Part shown: piece by piece, positions 55,364 to 64,000 of the stretch | Numbering within the stretch: the first letter of the stretch is position 1 | How the letters are laid out: each line of letters opens with the position of its first letter | Virus record (IMG/VR): IMGVR_UViG_3300028840_001395 | Location: 248,001 to 312,000 of that record | Strand: one strand, 5' to 3' | DNA: 64,000 bases | Position numbers and translations under genes: made by a program | The notes under the pieces: generated by a model | What the model was told of the DNA's origin: nothing | Database searches by the model: none | What the model saw: only the letters and a program-made list of their open reading frames with translations

Positions 55364-55847
55364 TCCTTGACCTGCTTGAAGAAGACAGAGGTGACATCCC
55401 CGCTCTGGTCGTCCAGAGCCAGGACGGGACAATCCGGATGGCACTCCCAGGCTTCGACTTCCTCCTCTACTTGATCGATGATTTCCGTCTTGGGAGGCTC
55501 ACCGCCATAGTCAATCTTGACAACCTTCTCGGTTAACTTGACGGTCTTGGTTCCGACACAGATACAGTCAGGATGGTGTTCCAATAGAGCATTCGGAGGC
55601 CAACGCCCCATGACACTCTCGGGCCAACCAGGAGGGGGTCTCCGTGGGAGGTTTCCCCACTTTGGCACTTTCCTTTGTCTCCATGTCCTCGACACGTCTC
55701 GGGCCAGTAGGAGCACTGAGTACCCCCACCTTTTTTCCCTACCCGGCAACCATCGATATTCAAGGCCCCCACGTCTCTCTTGAGCACGTTATCGGTGATC
55801 GAGGAATCCTTCGGGAGAGGCTTCCTAGCCAGGGTGATTACTCTCAC
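55360..55847 (-). pseudogene. MTase variable cassette 1, frameshifted near 55636
   Basis: First half (LARKPL...LNIDGCRV) in ORF 55533..55847; second half (GRWPPN...WECHPDCPV...FFKQV) in ORF 55360..55749. Confidence 0.7.
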
Positions 55848-58765
55848 CTCGCTTCCAGTTCCTTCATGTCATCTTCGTCCAGGGCATCGCCCACGGATTC
55901 CTTCTGCTCCGTGGTCATCGGCACCTCGTAGCACGTCAGGATGCGCCGACAAGGCCACTCTACCCGTGAGAGGAACATCTCAAAGGGCTTCTGGTCACGC
56001 GATTTCAGGCACTGGAACTGAACACGGTTCTGGTCACGGAGGTCATCATCGACCCAGGAGGAAGTCACAATGTCAGCCGAGTTGTGCGACAACAACGGCC
56101 CCGTCTGATACTCGTGATCCCCCTCCACCTCCAAGTCCATGACCGGAGCATCAATCCCGGTGTCCCGAACCGACTCAACCTGCATTACCTGAAGCTCCAA
56201 GAGCTTTTCCAGGAACCGCGTATCCTCGTTGTCGATGCCATCCTCGGTGGCTGCCTGGAGAAGCGTCTCAATAGCCCCGCGAGGCACAAGACCCGTCCGC
56301 TTGACCTTCCGGGGGTTGTTGTAGAACGCCCGCTTGAAGCGCGTCTGCGGACTCCCAGGGGGGTGGATGAGCTTGTAGACCCGCAGGAACGTCTCGGGAA
56401 CCGGGTAGACCTGCTTGTCACAGGGGGTCTGCTTGAGCGAGTCCCACACCAGACCCATCTTGGCATCTTCAGTGAAACCGATCTTCTCCAAGAATCTCCG
56501 ACGACCCTCACGGGAGACCACCCGCAACGTGTAACCGCCGTAGGTCTTCCCGGTCTTCTTCAAGGAGGTCTCGTTGTAAGACAGGTGGGAGTCGATACCA
56601 AGACCCGTCAGGAGCATCTGAATCTGACGGAGGAAGGACTCACTCGCCTCCTTCATCTTGAGGCCAATGATGTTGTTCTTGTTGACCCACCCGTCCGTGT
56701 CGAAAAGACCCCGCAGGTAGGCGCATACCGTGCTCTCTGTCCCTTGCAGGATGCACTCCGGGACATCTCCTGCCCGCTGACCAGCGACCTGCTCGAACCA
56801 TCGCTTCAAGGGCTTCGACCACTTCACCAGATCGAAAGACCCAGGGCGAGAGGGGCTTTCCAGGAGAGGAAGCTCGTGACCGAACGTGGCCTGGAAGGCG
56901 TACCGGATGGCTTCCCGAACCTGCATCTCCAGCCGGTTCCCAGTCCACGCGAGACCGCCCGAATGAACCTTCCCATCACCATCCCACGCGCCGAGGAGGT
57001 AGGCTAAGGTGGGGGTGGTGGAGAATGGGGCGTCCAGTTCACCCTCCCCCTTCCGACCCACCAGGGTCTCATACCTCCCAGCTTCAAGATCCGGGAGCCG
57101 GGTATCCTCTTGCGCCCATCGAGAGCCCCCCTGGGACGATGCAAGATAATCCTCAGAGGTCAAATCCCGAACAGCCTTCCATCCCAACAACCCGTCCTGA
57201 ACCACCCGGACGCGATGGGGGGCAGTAGCCTCCAGGATGGAACCCCGACTGGTCTTGACCTCCCAGATACGCCGAACGCCGTTATCGAACTTGTTCAGCA
57301 CCTTCTTCCACCCACCGGAAGACCACACCGAATCCCCGATACTTATGTCCCCGATGTTAATGTAACCCCTCAAAGAAGTGACGTAAGTGCTTGAAATCCT
57401 TACACAACGCTCTGCCTCGTTAGCGTAGCTCAAATGGGTCAGGTCGTAGCTCGCCGTGCCGGTCTTCTCCTTGCGCTTGGTCGCGGCCTTGTAGCCCTCA
57501 CGGTTGATCTGGAACAAGGCGATGACGGCCATGCCCATTCCCCGCTGGAAGCTCATCGCCAGGCGCTTGCAGTCACGGATGATCTCATTGAGGCGTTCCG
57601 TCGTGCTCGACACCCACTTGCGAGGGGCCATCAGCCCAACGTGGTCGATGTAGATGGACGAGAACGGAGACTTCGAGTAGACCAACTCGGCCCGGTGCCG
57701 GAGGTCAGCCATCGTGAAGTCGGCCTTGTCCGGGTCAGCGACCTCGATGTGGATCTTGCCGAAGTTCCGGGGGTCGGGCCACGGGGTGTTGTTCTCGGAG
57801 TCGAGGGTGTGAACCATCTGCTTGCCCATGAAGTCTGGCTTTACGAAATCCGCCAGGAACTTCTTGGCGTTCGGATGGAACTCATCCAGCGTGCCGTCTC
57901 GGACGTTCGTGTAGGGCAAGCCCACGCTGTCGTTGGGGTGCTTCTGCAAGCCCAGCTTGTAGCGGATCTCCTTGAACTTGGGATGCTGGCTGTGCATGGC
58001 GAACAAGATGCGACGGCATTGCTGGTAGGGCATCTCCAGGGAGAAGATCAGGCTGCTGTGGTTGTAGAGGATGGCCTGGTTGTAGGCCCAGTTGAGCATG
58101 AACGTGGACTTCAACCCACCCGTGAACCCCGCGTGTATCCACAGCTCGTTCCGCTTGGCTCCGTTGAGGGCGGAGTCCATCTGGGTCAGGCCCGTGTGCT
58201 GGCCAATGCCCGCCAGGGGATCAGCCTCGACCCGCTCATACTCCGCCATGAAATCCTCGCCGTCCTGGGTGACTTCGCCCGAGAGGCGACCACCAAGCGT
58301 CGGGGCCACGATGTCGTGGCTCTCATCGAGGATGTGGTGAATGGCGGCATACGGCCCCTGAATGACCTTCTCTTCCTTGCCGTCCGTGACCTTGATGCCC
58401 TTGCCCAGGATGTCCGCTGCCTTCTTGAGAAGCTCGCTCACGGCCCGGACGCGGCGCTCCTCGGCTTTGGCTTCGAGGCGGGTCTTGAAGTTGCCGTCGA
58501 TCAGGACGGGAAGAACCTCAAGGGCCTTGACCCGGTTGACGACCGTTTCTTCCTTCTTGATGGTGAAGTGGGTGACTATGGCGTTGATCTCGGGCACATG
58601 GTTGTGCGTCTGGACGAACTCCTGGATGAACGTCCAGATGATCACGTCGTCGGGAACATCGAACTCCAGCCGGGACTCATGCAGAATCCTGAAGTTCCGC
58701 AGGAGGTGGGTGGCGTCGTCGTCCTTGGCGTTGACGATGAACGTGGAACGCAGGAGGGACTTCAC
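55844..58765 (-). CDS. dnaB: DnaB-like replicative helicase with intein
   Basis: TGLTQMD, Walker A GFTGGLKST, FSLEM, IYIDHVGLM, QINR, LKSRD. Confidence 0.9.
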   Translation of the reverse strand: MKSLLRSTFIVNAKDDDATHLLRNFRILHESRLEFDVPDDVIIWTFIQEFVQTHNHVPEINAIVTHFTIKKEETVVNRVKALEVLPVLIDGNFKTRLEAKAEERRVRAVSELLKKAADILGKGIKVTDGKEEKVIQGPYAAIHHILDESHDIVAPTLGGRLSGEVTQDGEDFMAEYERVEADPLAGIGQHTGLTQMDSALNGAKRNELWIHAGFTGGLKSTFMLNWAYNQAILYNHSSLIFSLEMPYQQCRRILFAMHSQHPKFKEIRYKLGLQKHPNDSVGLPYTNVRDGTLDEFHPNAKKFLADFVKPDFMGKQMVHTLDSENNTPWPDPRNFGKIHIEVADPDKADFTMADLRHRAELVYSKSPFSSIYIDHVGLMAPRKWVSSTTERLNEIIRDCKRLAMSFQRGMGMAVIALFQINREGYKAATKRKEKTGTASYDLTHLSYANEAERCVRISSTYVTSLRGYINIGDISIGDSVWSSGGWKKVLNKFDNGVRRIWEVKTSRGSILEATAPHRVRVVQDGLLGWKAVRDLTSEDYLASSQGGSRWAQEDTRLPDLEAGRYETLVGRKGEGELDAPFSTTPTLAYLLGAWDGDGKVHSGGLAWTGNRLEMQVREAIRYAFQATFGHELPLLESPSRPGSFDLVKWSKPLKRWFEQVAGQRAGDVPECILQGTESTVCAYLRGLFDTDGWVNKNNIIGLKMKEASESFLRQIQMLLTGLGIDSHLSYNETSLKKTGKTYGGYTLRVVSREGRRRFLEKIGFTEDAKMGLVWDSLKQTPCDKQVYPVPETFLRVYKLIHPPGSPQTRFKRAFYNNPRKVKRTGLVPRGAIETLLQAATEDGIDNEDTRFLEKLLELQVMQVESVRDTGIDAPVMDLEVEGDHEYQTGPLLSHNSADIVTSSWVDDDLRDQNRVQFQCLKSRDQKPFEMFLSRVEWPCRRILTCYEVPMTTEQKESVGDALDEDDMKELEAR
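56081..57406 (-). mobile_element. Intein with LAGLIDADG endonuclease in DnaB (442 aa)
   Basis: AER|CVRIS ... ATAPHRV ... YLLGAWDGDG, YLRGLFDTDG ... LLSHN|SAD. Confidence 0.92.
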
Positions 58766-59646
58766 TTCCCACCTCCATTCTTCGGCTTCCAGCCACGACT
58801 CTTGGACTCTTTTCGTGGCAGTCGATGTTCCTCGTAGGCCTTGAACCCGTCGTCATCCACTTCCGTCTCGGGGGTGTCGGCTTCGCCTTCACCTTCGGGG
58901 GCATCATCGCTGATGGTCATCATCTGAACGCCTGTCGCCTGGTTGGACACGGGCTTGGGCTTGGCCCGTTCCAAGGTGATGTGCTCCCAGTCTTCCAGGA
59001 AGTCCTCGACCTGGCCGCTATACGACCGATGACCATCTTCGAGCACGTTGGTCGGTTGATCCGTGATCCAGGTCGGCTTGCTCTCCTGCTCCCGCAGGAG
59101 GAGAGCCTCCATGAAGACCTCGGGCATCGCCGCGTTCCGGGCAGCCTTGACCCCCAGCCGGATGATGAGCAACTCCGGCGGCACTGCGATGTCCGACAGC
59201 GCCATGAACTTGCCCGACACCTGAGCCTTCCGCATCTGGTCAATGTCCGGGTCCAGCACCTCGATGCCCCGAGACAACCACGCATCCATCAAGTCCGCGT
59301 CCGACACGACCACGAAGTTCCATCGCGGCCCCATCCGACTGGCGACCTTCTTCAGATGAGACTTGAACTTCGGCGTTGAGCCGGTTATCCACAGGTTACC
59401 CCCCTCTTTTCCACAGAGGGGCGACTTCTTGAGGGGTTCGGCACGGGAGAGGCTTTTCCATCCTCTCTCCATGTTGAACACGAGGTCGCGGACGAGGACA
59501 CAGCTACAGGGCTGGGTGATCTCTCCCACCGCGAATGGCGGGAGCTGGTCACGCGGGACGGGTACTACTCCTCGACCTCGGCACTCGGGGCAGTCGGGCT
59601 TGCCATCACCTTCGGGATAGCTGCTCTCCAGTTCCTTCTCGGCCAT
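58762..59646 (-). CDS. DnaC/IstB-like helicase-loader-type protein, degenerate ATPase
   Basis: N-terminal CPECRGRG...PCSC; NLWITGS lacking GKT; ELLIIRLG at Walker B position; KPTWIT; adjacent to dnaB. Confidence 0.5.
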   Translation of the reverse strand: MAEKELESSYPEGDGKPDCPECRGRGVVPVPRDQLPPFAVGEITQPCSCVLVRDLVFNMERGWKSLSRAEPLKKSPLCGKEGGNLWITGSTPKFKSHLKKVASRMGPRWNFVVVSDADLMDAWLSRGIEVLDPDIDQMRKAQVSGKFMALSDIAVPPELLIIRLGVKAARNAAMPEVFMEALLLREQESKPTWITDQPTNVLEDGHRSYSGQVEDFLEDWEHITLERAKPKPVSNQATGVQMMTISDDAPEGEGEADTPETEVDDDGFKAYEEHRLPRKESKSRGWKPKNGGGK

Positions 59647-59647
59647 G

Positions 59648-61273
59648 CTAGTTCCCCGCCGCCTCACGGGCATCGTCCCGGAGGGCATTGAACAGATCAG
59701 AGATGTCGTTCTCGACCTCGATCACCAGGTCGTCACCCTCGCCCTTGATGCGCTTCCCCAGCACCGCCTCCACGAGCGTCATCTTCCGGCTCAAGACCTC
59801 CATGACCCGGTGGTCAACTGTCCGGCGACGCTTCCCTCTGGAGATCAGGTGGATGACGTAGCACTTGTCATGGACGGAACCAATGCGAATCATGCGCCCT
59901 ATCAACTGAAGGAAGTCACCCGCCGACCAGGGCGTATCGTAGCACACCAGGGCCTTGGCCGCTTGCAGATTGATGGACTCGCTGCCCGCCGTGGTGATGC
60001 AGCAGACCCGCACGTCCGAATCAGGGTTCTGGAACTTCTTCATCGCCTTGTCGCGCTGATCTTCGTTCTCGGTGCCGGTGATGCGGACAGCTTCGATCTT
60101 GCTCTTTTTCAGGATGGGCATCAGGATGTCCACCATCTTCCGGAACCGGGTGAAGATGATGACCTTCTCTTCCGCGAAGTCGCCCTCGGTCAGCAACTCA
60201 AGGAGGGCCTCGACCTTCGATGACTTGCCATCACAGTCGATCAGCCCCAGGTCGTCCACGATCTCCTGACAGTAGGCGATGGCCGTGAGCTTCGTGACCT
60301 CCTTGACCAGTGCCTCGCCGGTCTCATCGTCCATGCCCATCTCCAGCAAGCCGGAGAGGGCCTCGGCGTACTTGTCCTCCTGTGCGGGCGACATCGTGAC
60401 GGTGATGGTCTTGCTGGTGAGGGAAGGAAGCTCGGAGGCGACCTGGTGCTTCGGGCGACCGATGAAGTAGGGGTCGATGACCTCCTTGAACTCACGAATC
60501 TTCTGCGGGGCGTAACCGACGATGACGGGAACCTGACGATTGCTGCGGGGGAGCCTCTGCATCCGGGTCAGGCAGTAGTAGAGCATGAACTGGTTGGCTG
60601 TCATGCCGAAGAGACCAGGCATCACCACCTGGTAGATGCCGTAGCCCTCCATCAGATGATTCTTGATCAGCGTCGCCGTGAGCCCCCACGTCCTGTCCGA
60701 CTGAGACGCCATGTGAGCGCAGACCTGGTGAACCTGGGTGCGGGGGTTCTTGAAGGCGGTGGCCTCGTCGCAGACGAAGATGTAGCCGCCCCACTTCTGC
60801 ATCTTGGTGAAGTCCTGCACTGCCGAGCGGTAGCCCATGATCATCACGGTCGGGCCGGTCGCGTCAGTCCAAAGCTGCCGGGCCTTCTCCCGCTGCTTCG
60901 GGGTGCCCTTGCAGAGAACGACCTTGACTCCCAAGGTGAACTTGGCGAACTCCCGCATCCACTGCTTGGTCGCACTCTTGGTGGTCAGGACGATGACCTT
61001 GCGGTTGGGGTCTTTCTCCCAGATATAGCAGAGGGCAGCGATGGTCTCCAGCGTCTTGCCCAGGCCCGTGTCGTCACCCAGGACGAACCGCTTCATCAGG
61101 ACTAGATGGAGGATGCCCTGAACCTGGTAGTAGCGCACCTTGAGGGGCTTCTCCTGGCCGTCGAAGTCGGTGAATGTCTCCTTGAGGTGCTTGGTCGGGC
61201 GGAGCTTGAGGTCGTCGCGTTCCCGAAGGCCCTTGAGCTTGGTGTGGACTGCTTGAAGCTGGGGGTCACTCAT
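59648..61273 (-). CDS. SNF2-family helicase
   Basis: YQVQG, LGDDTGLGKT, CDEA, LTATLIKN, KVIIFT, ESINLQ, QLIGRM.RIG. Confidence 0.92.
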   Translation of the reverse strand: MSDPQLQAVHTKLKGLRERDDLKLRPTKHLKETFTDFDGQEKPLKVRYYQVQGILHLVLMKRFVLGDDTGLGKTLETIAALCYIWEKDPNRKVIVLTTKSATKQWMREFAKFTLGVKVVLCKGTPKQREKARQLWTDATGPTVMIMGYRSAVQDFTKMQKWGGYIFVCDEATAFKNPRTQVHQVCAHMASQSDRTWGLTATLIKNHLMEGYGIYQVVMPGLFGMTANQFMLYYCLTRMQRLPRSNRQVPVIVGYAPQKIREFKEVIDPYFIGRPKHQVASELPSLTSKTITVTMSPAQEDKYAEALSGLLEMGMDDETGEALVKEVTKLTAIAYCQEIVDDLGLIDCDGKSSKVEALLELLTEGDFAEEKVIIFTRFRKMVDILMPILKKSKIEAVRITGTENEDQRDKAMKKFQNPDSDVRVCCITTAGSESINLQAAKALVCYDTPWSAGDFLQLIGRMIRIGSVHDKCYVIHLISRGKRRRTVDHRVMEVLSRKMTLVEAVLGKRIKGEGDDLVIEVENDISDLFNALRDDAREAAGN

Positions 61274-61339
61274 CGTGGCTGTCTCCCATCCCGAGAGGGC
61301 TTTGTCCTTCTACACTATACGGGCAGGGAGAGTACCGGG

Positions 61340-61885
61340 TCAGGAGATGATTTTGTTGAAAACGAGATCCATGAGGTTGCTGTGGGTGTAGAGCAGCTTC
61401 GACCGCAGCGAGTCCTTGAAGATGTAGTCCAGCACCGAGAGCGCCTTGCCCTTCGGGGTAGCAGGCGAAGCCTTCGCCCAGGCCCGAGAGTACTTCTTGA
61501 GCAGCTTCATGTATTCTCGGAGCAGGATGGACGCGAACCGGGAACGCCCCCACAGAGCGAACTTCTGAATGGTCGTATTCACGGCGTTTTCGCTGCCCAG
61601 AGTGGAGGGAATCTGCAAGGCGCTCATGTAGCGAGGCACCTTGATAGCATCGATCATGACCTTGAGCATCGTGTAGACCGCACTGGTGTCCTGCTTCGAC
61701 ATCCGGGGCCAGTTGGGCTTCTGCTCGAAGAGAACGTAGTAGAGGTAGGGGAGATACTCCGACTCCAGGCCGTTCTTGTTGGCGATCTCGATCAAGGCCT
61801 GCTGGATGGTCGGAGCATGAGCGAGAATCGCGTTCGTGAAATCCTCGCCCAGTGCAGCCAGCACCTTCTCTTCTTCAGGTCTCAT
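61340..61885 (-). CDS. Hypothetical protein
   Basis: Start MRPEEEK overlapping the upstream stop. Confidence 0.6.
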   Translation of the reverse strand: MRPEEEKVLAALGEDFTNAILAHAPTIQQALIEIANKNGLESEYLPYLYYVLFEQKPNWPRMSKQDTSAVYTMLKVMIDAIKVPRYMSALQIPSTLGSENAVNTTIQKFALWGRSRFASILLREYMKLLKKYSRAWAKASPATPKGKALSVLDYIFKDSLRSKLLYTHSNLMDLVFNKIIS

Positions 61886-62646
61886 CAGTCTCCCACGTCC
61901 AGAATGACCCGACCCGGACCTTCCACGGTCAATGTCGCTCCCTGGGTCGTCTTGGTCACCTTCACCCCACCGAAAGAAGAGACCGTCAGCTTCCGGCCAG
62001 GCAACGCGATGTGCCCGACCTGTCGGGGCTGTATCTCGACTCGGGGTACGTCCATCCCTTTGAGATGCTCCAGCACCTTCGGGAACGCAGCCCGTTTGAG
62101 TCCGAGCATGTCGATGCACTCGGTTGTCCGAGGGCCGATGACCCCATCCACGGGTCCGCAGTTCCGACCAACCCGATGAAGCTGGGCCTGCACGAATCTC
62201 TCTTCGGCCTTGTCGCCCTTCCAGACCCCGGCATCCACCTGGGCAGCACAGCACATCGAGGGCCACGCCAGATGGCCACGCCCCTCGGACATGAGGCGGT
62301 CATAGACGATGCGCCACAGCCCGCAGAAGTGGAACACGTCGTCTGCACCCGACCCGGCCAGGGGATAGCGGTTCCAGGGGGTGAACCCGAGCGGAACAGC
62401 ATGACCCCAGGCTGCATTGAGCGCCTGCTGGGGGCCAGCACCCTCCTGGTGGAGTCGGAGCACCACCTGACGGCCTGCCTGGCAGAGGGAGAGAGGGCCT
62501 TCCGGGGGCGGCACGGCTGGTGGAGCCGGGATGAGACTCACCCGCCATCCATTCTCGGTGGCGTTCTCCTCCAGGGTCTTGAGGGCTTCGATGGTGTCCG
62601 CAGCGAGGGCTACCCCTTTGTGGTTGTAGAGTTGCTCTCGCATCAC
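61885..62646 (-). CDS. Peptidoglycan-binding-domain protein
   Basis: VQAQLHRVG...GPVDGVIGPRT, PG_binding_1-like; class II promoter. Confidence 0.6.
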   Translation of the reverse strand: MMREQLYNHKGVALAADTIEALKTLEENATENGWRVSLIPAPPAVPPPEGPLSLCQAGRQVVLRLHQEGAGPQQALNAAWGHAVPLGFTPWNRYPLAGSGADDVFHFCGLWRIVYDRLMSEGRGHLAWPSMCCAAQVDAGVWKGDKAEERFVQAQLHRVGRNCGPVDGVIGPRTTECIDMLGLKRAAFPKVLEHLKGMDVPRVEIQPRQVGHIALPGRKLTVSSFGGVKVTKTTQGATLTVEGPGRVILDVGD

Positions 62647-62668
62647 GGGCCTCCAATCAGGTGCGGCT

Positions 62669-62684
62669 GATAGGCTAGCTACCG
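62669..62684 (-). promoter_or_regulatory. Class II promoter CGGTAG-N6-TATC
   Basis: Motif copy. Confidence 0.6.
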
Positions 62685-62685
62685 C

Positions 62686-63414
62686 TCACACCTCGATGAC
62701 CTTCTTCCAGTCGAACCCAGCGTTCTCCTCCCGCCGGAGATAGCCGAACGGGTTGCAGATGAGCCGAGTCTTGCCGATGGTGAAGTCGTGGGAGTCGTGG
62801 GTGTGACCGTAGACCCAGACTTCGGGCTGGGCCTCCCGGATGACCCCCTCCATGTCACAGGTGAAGAAGTAGTTCAAAGGCTCACCCTTGAACCGAGGGT
62901 GACTCCCCTTGGGCGTCGGGACGTGATGCGTGACCACGATGTCGTCCGACTGGACAGTTTCCGCGAGAAACTGGCGCGAAGCCTGATTAAGTGCCGGGAA
63001 CCAGTCGGTGAACCCTCCGTTGATGATATGGAAATCATTGAGCCTTACGCGATAGGGGTGAGATTCTGGTTTGTCCTCGAACCAGAGAGTGCAGCCAACA
63101 AATCTCTGACCCTCGATGGTCACCGTGTCGTTCTCAAGGACGTGGAGGTTGGGGAGTTCCTCCTGTGCCCTTTGGAGGATACCAAGGATGCCCCGGCGGG
63201 TCGAGTGATAGAACTCGTGGTTCCCCATCACGTACACGACATGCGGCACCCGCTGACAGAGAAGGGTCAGGCAGTATCCGAGGTTGAAGTGGATACCCAA
63301 GTCCCCGGCAATGACCAGGACATCGGTGCCATCGAGAGGGATCTCATCGCAGAAGTACTTTCCCCGATCATGGTGGAATTCTGCGTGGATATCGCTCACG
63401 ATTTGGACTCTCAT
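62686..63414 (-). CDS. Calcineurin-like metallophosphoesterase
   Basis: SDIH, IAGD, GNHE, THH, GHTH motifs. Confidence 0.92.
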   Translation of the reverse strand: MRVQIVSDIHAEFHHDRGKYFCDEIPLDGTDVLVIAGDLGIHFNLGYCLTLLCQRVPHVVYVMGNHEFYHSTRRGILGILQRAQEELPNLHVLENDTVTIEGQRFVGCTLWFEDKPESHPYRVRLNDFHIINGGFTDWFPALNQASRQFLAETVQSDDIVVTHHVPTPKGSHPRFKGEPLNYFFTCDMEGVIREAQPEVWVYGHTHDSHDFTIGKTRLICNPFGYLRREENAGFDWKKVIEV

Positions 63415-63448
63415 GTCGGCCTCCTCGACCATTCTACCCTATCGAGAG

Positions 63449-63464
63449 CAATAAAGCGTCTATG
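63449..63464 (+). promoter_or_regulatory. Class II promoter CAATAA-N6-TATG
   Basis: Motif variant before 63497. Confidence 0.45.
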
Positions 63465-63496
63465 CTCGGGTATCAGTGAGACTTGAGGAGAGGGCA

Positions 63497-64000
63497 ATGA
63501 ACAAGCCGAACGCCAAGCGGGTCAGCAAGCGATACCTCAAGGGCACCATGAAGCGGACGGCTGCCCCCAGAGGGGGAGGCGGTCGTGTCACCCCGAAGAT
63601 GATGGTGGACTTCATCAACTTCGAGGTAGCCCTCGCCACCTACATCCGGTGGCTCGTCAACCAGGACAAGAAAACTGACCCCCTGGCCGCCGAGGGAAAG
63701 GCCATCCTCCGCAAGATCTTTGGCAGGGCCGTCTCCGGCATGGAGAAATACCTGGAGAGCGTGGCCCTTGAAGCCAATCTCAAGCAGATCGGCATGGCGT
63801 ACCGGAAGGCCCGTCGAGGGAAGGACGTTCGTGCCGTCCGGCTGCACGCCGAGTTCTACTCCACCCTCCTGCCCTGGCTCAAGAAGAACCAGAAGCTCAA
63901 GACCACCCTGGATGACCAGCAAGCCGTCGATCTGGCCCGTCGCATCGCCCGTATCTGTCAGGAGGAGGGTCTCGAATCCAGACTGAACCAGGCGGCAGGC
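63497..64000 (+). CDS. Putative virion/internal protein, partial
   Basis: Manual translation MNKPNAKRVSKRYLKGTMKRTAA..., open to the window end; GAGGAG RBS. Confidence 0.65.
   Translation, partial: MNKPNAKRVSKRYLKGTMKRTAAPRGGGGRVTPKMMVDFINFEVALATYIRWLVNQDKKTDPLAAEGKAILRKIFGRAVSGMEKYLESVALEANLKQIGMAYRKARRGKDVRAVRLHAEFYSTLLPWLKKNQKLKTTLDDQQAVDLARRIARICQEEGLESRLNQAAG

Noticed and set aside
28050-55847. Restriction-modification system
   Set aside because: No endonuclease motifs next to the MTases; orphan phage methylases fit better

Overview
This is a 64 kb segment of a large, high-GC, tailed dsDNA (jumbo-type) bacteriophage. The assignment is inferred from gene content and dense ATGA/GTGA-coupled operons; no capsid, portal or terminase gene is in the window and the host cannot be named. 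Most genes are on the minus strand. Layout: (i) 1-4.3 kb, small early genes and a ~690-nt promoter-driven, highly base-paired non-coding region; (ii) 4.3-21 kb and 30.7-38.5 kb, putative virion genes, including three paralogous families of fibre/beta-helix proteins and proteins tagged with a recurrent 'RVAAR(Y/F/W)' motif; (iii) 21.6-30.6 kb, nucleotide/ADP-ribose enzymes, a degenerate glutamine synthetase II and two tandem DNA methyltransferases; (iv) 41.9-61.3 kb, replication genes (family A polymerase, primase Zn finger, intein-containing DnaB, SNF2 helicase) flanking a methylation cluster. The strongest candidate for a new system is a beta-class DNA methyltransferase dismantled into a catalytic DPPY subunit, four tandem variable 'LARKPL...SRFF' cassettes, and a SAM-binding subunit with a dead catalytic motif. 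The catalytic subunit carries an intein and a 14-nt coding gap (GGU-UAG...GGA) that resembles T4 gene 60-type ribosomal bypassing. Two distinct phage promoter motifs are readable directly from the sequence. All protein family calls come from motif recognition by eye; no database searches were run.
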